DNA from: Williopsis jadinii
Lineage: Eukaryota
NCBI GenBank assembly: GCA_024346625.1
Contig: AP024667.1
Span: 806,001 to 870,000 of the forward strand
DNA length: 64,000 nt
Direction of reading: 5' to 3'
In this document: piece by piece, positions 57,771-64,000 of the stretch
Layout: every line of letters starts with the position of its first letter
Position numbering within the stretch: position 1 is the first letter of the stretch
Notes under the pieces: model-generated
Database searches by the model: none
The model's input: the letters and a program-made list of their open reading frames with translations, nothing else
Told to the model about the DNA's origin: nothing
Position numbers and translations under genes: made by a program

Positions 57771-58847
57771 TTAAATATTCCATCTGTCGTTATCATTGAC
57801 AGCTGTAGATTCACTCTGTTGAAACTTTTCAATGTTGGCCATCGTATTCTTCAAAGGTGTGTAGTTCTCGTTCATCAGGGCAATGCTCTTTGTCCTCGTC
57901 TCTGTGAAATGCTCGAAAGCCGTTTCATTTTGCTTCAGAGTGGTGTACGCTCCATAAGCCATCTTGAACTTGTTCTCCTTCATAAAGCAGTCAAAGAGCC
58001 CGACAACGCAGTCCACATCACCTAATTCAGTACCGAGTTTGAACCATTCTGTAGCCTTTCTAACGTTCCCAAACTGGTTAAGTTCCAGAAACCCCAACTG
58101 CTTGAAGGATTCCTTGAACCCTTGCGAAGCAGCAGCTTCCAAGTGGTACCTCGATCTCTTTGGATCAAAGCCGTTTAACTGGCCCAAGTAGTAATGGCAT
58201 TCAGCCACTTTGTCCAGGGGACCCGTCTTCACACTACGAGAGAACCAATGGCGAGCCTGTATCAGGTCCGGCTTCTGGAAGCTGAGTATACCCAGCTGCT
58301 TGAACACCTCTGACGCTAAGAAGGTGTCGTCTTCCAGCGCGATGAAATCGAGGTAGAACTGCTCCGCTTGTTGGTTCATCTTGTTCCTCAGGCACAGGTC
58401 GCCGCTGAGCTTCATCGTGAGAGGGTGCTTCATCTCCAGCAGCTTCGATATCAGCTTCTTCGCGTGCTGCTTATCCTCCTCGTCGTTGCCCAGGAGAGCT
58501 TCATACGCCAGCAACGACACAGCGTCGTTGTTGCCACGCTCCGCAGCGTACTCCACCAGCGAGTTCTCCAGCGACACCAGGTGCTTGTTGGTCGAGTGGG
58601 ACTGCACCCTCACAGTCTCCAGCGCCCTCTTCATAACCATCAGGTCGTTCGCCGTGATCTTAGCAGGGATCTCGGCCTCGCCATCGCCGTCCAGCTTCTT
58701 GTAGATGGACTCATACACAGGGTACAGCTTGTTGAAGGAATGCTTTGCGTCCAGATCAAACAGGATTCTGTTCATCACCTTCTTCTTTGGTATGACCTCG
58801 TAGAACGGTGGCCTGCTGGTGAAGAACCTCTTCACCACGGAGCTCAT
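57771..58847 (-). CDS. MSS2: Mitochondrial Cox2 export/assembly factor (TPR/Sel1-like)
   Basis: PKKKVMNRILFDLD, AAERGNNDAVSLL, GFKESFKQLGFLELN; same strand as and near KIN28, as in S. cerevisiae. Confidence 0.88.
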   Translation of the reverse strand: MSSVVKRFFTSRPPFYEVIPKKKVMNRILFDLDAKHSFNKLYPVYESIYKKLDGDGEAEIPAKITANDLMVMKRALETVRVQSHSTNKHLVSLENSLVEYAAERGNNDAVSLLAYEALLGNDEEDKQHAKKLISKLLEMKHPLTMKLSGDLCLRNKMNQQAEQFYLDFIALEDDTFLASEVFKQLGILSFQKPDLIQARHWFSRSVKTGPLDKVAECHYYLGQLNGFDPKRSRYHLEAAASQGFKESFKQLGFLELNQFGNVRKATEWFKLGTELGDVDCVVGLFDCFMKENKFKMAYGAYTTLKQNETAFEHFTETRTKSIALMNENYTPLKNTMANIEKFQQSESTAVNDNDRWNI

Positions 58848-58855
58848 GTTGTCGT

Positions 58856-58909
58856 TCTAGTCCTTCTAGTCCTTCGAGTCCCTCTAGTCCCTCTAGTCCC
58901 TCTAGTCCT
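58856..58909. repeat. 9-bp tandem repeat (TCTAGTCCY) x6
   Basis: Directly visible immediately upstream of the MSS2 ATG. Confidence 0.85.
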
Positions 58910-59067
58910 CTCCCACAGACTCCGCTCGCCAGACTGAAGGAGCTGAAGAGCGAAAAAGCAGAATGGGTCTGAGGAATTTAGCCGGGGGCGGGGGTTGTCC
59001 CCCCACAAAATTCACCTCCTCCAACATCGCCAGTGTGCTTCTTCGAGGAGCTAAGACCATTAAACCG

Positions 59068-60219
59068 ATGATTCGCTGTGTAAGACTGTTCTCCACGACA
59101 GGTTCCAGGTCCTCAGAGTACTCGCACGCTGTGATTGGAGGAGGAGCCGTGGGGCTGGCGATTGCCTCTGAGCTGAGCAAGCGCCAGAGTAACCGTGTGA
59201 TTCTGATAGAGAAGAACAAAGACGTTGGCCAGGAGACGTCCTCTAGAAACTCAGAGGTGATCCACGCCGGGCTGTACTACCCTGTGGGCTCGCTGAAGAC
59301 CAAGCTGTGTGTCGAGGGCAAGCAATTGATCTACTCTGAGGCGAAGAGAGCCGGTGTTGAGATGCAGAAGTGCGGGAAGTGGATTGTTGCGCAGACTGAC
59401 GTTGAAGATGCCTTTATAGAGAGCATGCACTACAAGGCCAAGGAGCTGGGGATAAAGACCGAGTTGATATCTACGTTGAAGGCGAAGTACATCGAGCCGG
59501 CTGTCGATGTCCGTCGAGGCGTGCTGAGCTCGCCAACGTCGGGCATCGTCAGTGCGCACTCGCTGATGCTCTTCTACCAGACCACGTTTGAGAATAACGG
59601 TGGTGAGATTGCCGTGGGCTCCAAGGTGACTGGGCTGGAAAGGGTACACGGTGGTTATAAGATCTCCGTCGACTCGTTAGACGGCGAGCACGTTGATATC
59701 GAGGTGGATAACGTTATAAACTCTGCCGGTTTATACGCCAACCAGGTCTCCAACATGCTACTTCCAGAGGACCGTCATGTCAAGTACTGGTACGCCAAGG
59801 GCAACTACTTCAACTTCAACAATTCCTTCCCTGAGGTGAGAAGGTTGGTTTACCCGGTTCCTACAAAGGGGCTACAGGGTTTAGGCACCCATCTGACCAT
59901 TGGATTAGAAGGACAGATTAAATTTGGCCCTGATGTTGAGTGGATTGACGACCCTACCGACTTGAAGCCAAATGACCACAACAAGAAGGCAGCACACGAA
60001 GCTATTCTCAGATACCTGCCACACGTCATGTACGAGGACCTGGAGACAAGTTACTGCGGCATTAGACCTAAACTTGCCGGTCCTGACTCAAAAGAGTTTC
60101 AAGATTTCATCATCAGAGAAGAGGAAGGGTTCCCTGGGTTCATCAACCTCTTGGGAATAGAAAGCCCTGGACTAACAGCATCGTTTGCCATTGGCAAACA
60201 CGTTGCACAGATGTGTTAA
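59068..60219 (+). CDS. L-2-hydroxyglutarate dehydrogenase-like FAD oxidoreductase, mitochondrial
   Basis: VIGGGAVGLA, ETSSRNSEVIHAGLYY, LGTHLT, FGPDVEW, GIRPKL, GIESPGLTAS; mitochondrial-type leader from ATG 59068. Confidence 0.9.
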   Translation: MIRCVRLFSTTGSRSSEYSHAVIGGGAVGLAIASELSKRQSNRVILIEKNKDVGQETSSRNSEVIHAGLYYPVGSLKTKLCVEGKQLIYSEAKRAGVEMQKCGKWIVAQTDVEDAFIESMHYKAKELGIKTELISTLKAKYIEPAVDVRRGVLSSPTSGIVSAHSLMLFYQTTFENNGGEIAVGSKVTGLERVHGGYKISVDSLDGEHVDIEVDNVINSAGLYANQVSNMLLPEDRHVKYWYAKGNYFNFNNSFPEVRRLVYPVPTKGLQGLGTHLTIGLEGQIKFGPDVEWIDDPTDLKPNDHNKKAAHEAILRYLPHVMYEDLETSYCGIRPKLAGPDSKEFQDFIIREEEGFPGFINLLGIESPGLTASFAIGKHVAQMC

Positions 60220-61176
60220 CCAACTTTGGGTAGATTCGAAGGCTCCGTGGGAGCAGGATTCTCCAAAAAGTATTCGCTCAAGAGACATTTCGAAGAGTTC
60301 CATCTTTTCCTTGGGTTTAAGCTTAACATACCGTTCATCAGGTCCAGTGCGGACTCAGTAGCAGCGATGAATCGCTTCCGTAGCTCTTGCTTTGTAGGCT
60401 GTGGATAAACAGTCAAGTTGTTATAGCCAGGAAGGGTCGATACAAGCTCCCACATCGAGTCAGTTGGAGTGCCCAGGGCCCTGAAGGTTACATCAATCTG
60501 ATCAATATCATCAGCTCCCGGGAGGTATGGAACACGAAGCATCAACTCTGCAAAGATAATCCCCACTGCCCAGATATCCACACCACCGTCGTAGTGCTTC
60601 GCACCGAGCAGAAGCTCTGGAGCCCTATACCAACGAGTGACAACATTCGACGTGAACTCCTCGTTTGGTGAGCCCAACGACCTCGCAAGACCAAAATCCG
60701 CAATCTTCAGCTCCCCAGACTGTGACAACAAGAGATTCGACGGCTTGAGATCTCGATGCAGAATGAAGTTTCTATGACAATGATGCACACCTCTCAAAGT
60801 CATCAACAACCAGCTCTTCACGTCACCTGGTGAGAACAATAATGTCCTATCCTTAATCAGCACTTCCAAATCAGATGGTAAGAACTCCAGCACCAGGTTC
60901 AGGTTATTCGCTGATTCAAACACATCCACGAGCTCAATCACGTTGACGTGTTTCAGCTCTTGAAGATACTTCACCTCACGTAGGGCAGACATGTCCAGTC
61001 CGTCCTTGAACTGGCCTGTCTTAATCTCCTTTATGGCGATATCCCGTTCAGTTGAGGTCTGCTTCCCGAGAAACACCACGGCATAGGTACCCTCACCAAC
61101 TTTCTTCGCTGTCGACTGTGTTAGTACGTTCTCATGGCCAATGTGCACCAGTAGACTCGCCTTTAGTGTATGACAT
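60216..61176 (-). CDS. KIN28: TFIIH CTD kinase (CDK7); exons 61176-61161 and 61108-60216
   Basis: VGEGTYAVV, DGLDMSALREVKYLQE, HRDLKP, TSNVVTRWYRAPELL. A 52-nt GC-AG intron gives MSYTKAKKVGEG. Confidence 0.95.
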
Positions 61177-61310
61177 CGCCTTCAATTGGACGTATCCTCT
61201 TGCTTGTTGCCGTTGTTGAAGCGTTGTCGGGGGGAAAAGTGAAAAATTGTACTGCAATTATGTCTCGTCAGAACATCAACATCGAAACAGGCTGAAGAGG
61301 ACGAGACGAG

Positions 61311-62480
61311 ATGTTTAACGCTATAAAATGCTCAATTCCTCGGAGAATTGGGCTCAGACTGGAGAGCACATTCGTTCCTATCCACCCTCTTCTGCTGAAA
61401 AGGGCAGATCTTTTGTCTAAGGAGCATGCTGAGTTGGAGCACCAGATGAGCGATGGGTTTGATTTGAACCAGCAGAAGAAGTTCTCGAAGCTCTCATCCG
61501 TTGTCGATGTGTACAAGGAGTACACCGAGAAGCTCGCAGAGTACGACGAGCTGAACTCGCTCTTGACAGATGCGTCTTTGAAAGATGATGCGGAACAGGA
61601 GATTGAGACGGTTTTACCACAGCTGGTGTCCATCACTGAGAAGCTACAGACCAAGTTGTTACCACCACATCCATTCGCAGACAGACCGGCGATTCTGGAG
61701 CTCAGACCGGGTGTCGGTGGTGTCGAGGCCATGATATTTACTCAGGATCTATTCAACATGTATTTGGGATATGCTAATACGCACAGATGGCCATACTCCA
61801 TCGTCTCCAAGTCTGTTAACCAGCAGGGGAACGGGCTTCTCGAGGGCATCATCTCGATAGACGAGCCTGGGGCGTACGACAGGCTGAGGTTCGAGGCCGG
61901 GGTCCACAGAGTCCAGAGGATCCCAGAGACAGAGAACAAAGGTCGTACGCAGACATCAACGAGCGCAGTGGTGGTGCTCCCCCAGATGAGCTCCAAGGGA
62001 CAGGCAGAGGACGCTGATGAACGCTCGTTTGCAGCCGGAGAGGTGAGAATCGACGTCATGAGGGCAAGTGGTAAAGGTGGACAGCACGTGAACACAACAG
62101 AATCAGCAGTGAGACTCACTCACATCCCAACAGGGATCACCGTGAGTATGCAAGATGAGAGATCACAGCATAAGAACAAGGCAAAGGCCTTCCAGATCCT
62201 GAGGGCCAGGCTGGCAGAGCTGGAAAGGGTGCAGATGGAGGCAGAGGAACGCAAGAAGAGAAAGGATCAAGTGACGTCGACAGACAGAAGTGATAAGATC
62301 AGAACGTACAACTTCCCACAGAACAGAATCACAGACCACCGTTGTGGTTATTCGCTCCATGACATCGATGGTGTCATGAGTGGCGAGAAGCTCGACCAAT
62401 TGGTGGATGTTTTGGAGCAGCACGAAGCACAGGAGAAGTCCAAGAGCCTGCTGGAGGAGCTGGAGAGCCAGGGTTCATAG
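61311..62480 (+). CDS. MRF1: Mitochondrial peptide chain release factor 1
   Basis: EAGVHRVQRIPETE (PxT), GKGGQHVN, RSDKIRTYNFPQNRITDHR. Confidence 0.96.
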   Translation: MFNAIKCSIPRRIGLRLESTFVPIHPLLLKRADLLSKEHAELEHQMSDGFDLNQQKKFSKLSSVVDVYKEYTEKLAEYDELNSLLTDASLKDDAEQEIETVLPQLVSITEKLQTKLLPPHPFADRPAILELRPGVGGVEAMIFTQDLFNMYLGYANTHRWPYSIVSKSVNQQGNGLLEGIISIDEPGAYDRLRFEAGVHRVQRIPETENKGRTQTSTSAVVVLPQMSSKGQAEDADERSFAAGEVRIDVMRASGKGGQHVNTTESAVRLTHIPTGITVSMQDERSQHKNKAKAFQILRARLAELERVQMEAEERKKRKDQVTSTDRSDKIRTYNFPQNRITDHRCGYSLHDIDGVMSGEKLDQLVDVLEQHEAQEKSKSLLEELESQGS

Positions 62481-62673
62481 ATATCGTTGTAGTTTGTTCT
62501 TGTATATAGTGATGATGCCTGATGAGTGTGCGCTTAACTCCTTGTAATTCCGGATAATTCCGGGTAACTCCGAAAAGCTTTCCCTTACCCGAGTTTCATC
62601 ACGATGAGCTCGTTTACTCTCGCTAAGGACGATTTCAGACAGCAGCACAGTATCAATTGGCACAGCGTTGGTG

Positions 62674-64000
62674 ATGAGCGAGGGCGACTTGATCTACTGC
62701 TCAAGGCGAACGGTCAAAGCTGGCGAGTTGCAACGCTACGTCATCACGTTTGAGCCCAAGGAAGAGCTGAAGAACCGCAACGTTGATAGTCTATGGCTCA
62801 AGGTGCGCAATACTGAGTCTGTTGCTACACGAGCTGCCTTTCTCAGAGGCCCGTACATTCTGTATACAGACGTGACGCCTGGTGAGTACGATAAGAACAA
62901 GCCAACGTTTGTTACTCTGGATCAGCCAAAGTTCGAGCCCAATCTGAGCCCATCGCAGAAGTTCATATGTGAGCTATCATTGCATACAATCAAAGACAAG
63001 TACGTGTGGACGGTGGATGTTGTTAGCCAGATCATCTTCAGCTCCACGTCAGAGGTGGCGTTTGAGGTCTTGATAGGCTTGAACAAGGAGTGTCTGAATC
63101 TGAGCACTGACAAGCTGGGCTCCTTTGATCCTCGACTCACTGTGAATAGACAGGATACCATGGATCTATGGAACCTACCGCATCATTCAAGAGGGAAGCC
63201 AGTGCACTTGGTGATCTTGACACATGGATTGCACAGCAACACAGGGGCAGATCTGTTCTATATAAAGGAACAGATCGACAAGGTGGAGCATGGCGATGAT
63301 GAGGAGCTTCTGGTGAGAGGGTTCCATGGTAACAACTGTAAGACAGAGCTTGGAGTGAAATATCTGGGTAGTAAAGTTGGCGAGTACATCATACAACAGC
63401 TGTACAATGAAGACGTCAAGAAGATTTCCTTTATTGGGCATTCGTTGGGAGGATTGGTTCAGACATTTGCCATTGCTTACATCCAGGTGAACTTCCCATG
63501 GTTCTTCCAAAAGGTGAAGCCGATAAACTTCATCACAATGGCAACTCCATTGCTTGGAATAGTCACTGATAACCCGGCATATATCAAGGCTGCGCTGTCA
63601 TTTGGTGTTGTAGGTAAGACTGGTCAGGATCTAGGACTAGAGTGCGTTGGAAATGAAGAACCATTGTTGAAGTTATTACCACTTGGACCAACCCATAAAG
63701 TGTTACGGGCATTTCAGAACAGAACGTTGTACGCCAATGCCATTAACGATGGGATTGTGCCACTATACACAGCATCACTGCTATACTTAGACTGGAAGGG
63801 ACTGAACGAGGACAATGGAAGTGTTACTAACGATAAAACCTCTGGTGGTATGGCTAGTAATCTTTTCACAAACCCTTTTCAAAAGGCATTGAGTCTACTA
63901 GCTCCAAATGCTCAGGCCTCTGAGTCCAAAGAAGAGGTGGAGAATAGAGGAAACATATTCCCCAAGACTTCGATGATCGAATCTGCTGCTTCCATCGTAC
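62674..64000 (+). CDS. ROG1: DUF676 putative lipase (Rog1/YDL109C family), truncated by the window end
   Basis: ATG 62674, MSEGDLIY...LWLKVRNTE...GPYILYTDV, HLVILTHGLHSN, ISFIGHSLGG. No stop before the window end, so it is absent from the ORF track; adjacent to MRF1. Confidence 0.85.
   Translation, partial: MSEGDLIYCSRRTVKAGELQRYVITFEPKEELKNRNVDSLWLKVRNTESVATRAAFLRGPYILYTDVTPGEYDKNKPTFVTLDQPKFEPNLSPSQKFICELSLHTIKDKYVWTVDVVSQIIFSSTSEVAFEVLIGLNKECLNLSTDKLGSFDPRLTVNRQDTMDLWNLPHHSRGKPVHLVILTHGLHSNTGADLFYIKEQIDKVEHGDDEELLVRGFHGNNCKTELGVKYLGSKVGEYIIQQLYNEDVKKISFIGHSLGGLVQTFAIAYIQVNFPWFFQKVKPINFITMATPLLGIVTDNPAYIKAALSFGVVGKTGQDLGLECVGNEEPLLKLLPLGPTHKVLRAFQNRTLYANAINDGIVPLYTASLLYLDWKGLNEDNGSVTNDKTSGGMASNLFTNPFQKALSLLAPNAQASESKEEVENRGNIFPKTSMIESAASIV

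Overview
Eukaryotic window from a budding yeast (Saccharomycotina) using the standard genetic code: CTG is read as Leu at invariant positions, e.g. kinase GGELF at ~42565. A Phaffomycetaceae (Cyberlindnera-like) origin is only a guess. Two gene-dense housekeeping blocks flank a gene-poor, visibly AT-richer interval. The left block has SES1, FAP7, HAM1, CSC1, NRP1, SFA1, PBA1, YKE2, COQ9, NOP56, PWP1, NMT1, SEC61 and LYS14. The right block has a YJR096W-like aldo-keto reductase, GPI10, MSS2, an L2HGDH-like gene, KIN28, MRF1 and a ROG1-like lipase. The interval (~26.7-53 kb) carries a tandem ferric-reductase family (three intact genes plus one internally deleted mosaic pseudogene), interrupted by YPK3, THP3 and YUH1. 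Features missing from or misread by the ORF track: six short spliceosomal introns (one obligatory GC-AG intron in KIN28), tRNA-Phe(GAA), tRNA-Glu(CTC), an snR5-type H/ACA snoRNA behind a Rap1-like site cluster, and a spliced 132-aa orphan with a PP1-docking RVxF motif. No CRISPR array or intact mobile element was found. I see no clearly novel multi-gene system. The best unexplained candidates are a compact structured-RNA-like element at ~31570-31760, the RVxF microprotein, a 67-aa stress-type microprotein, and modular evolution of the FRE array.
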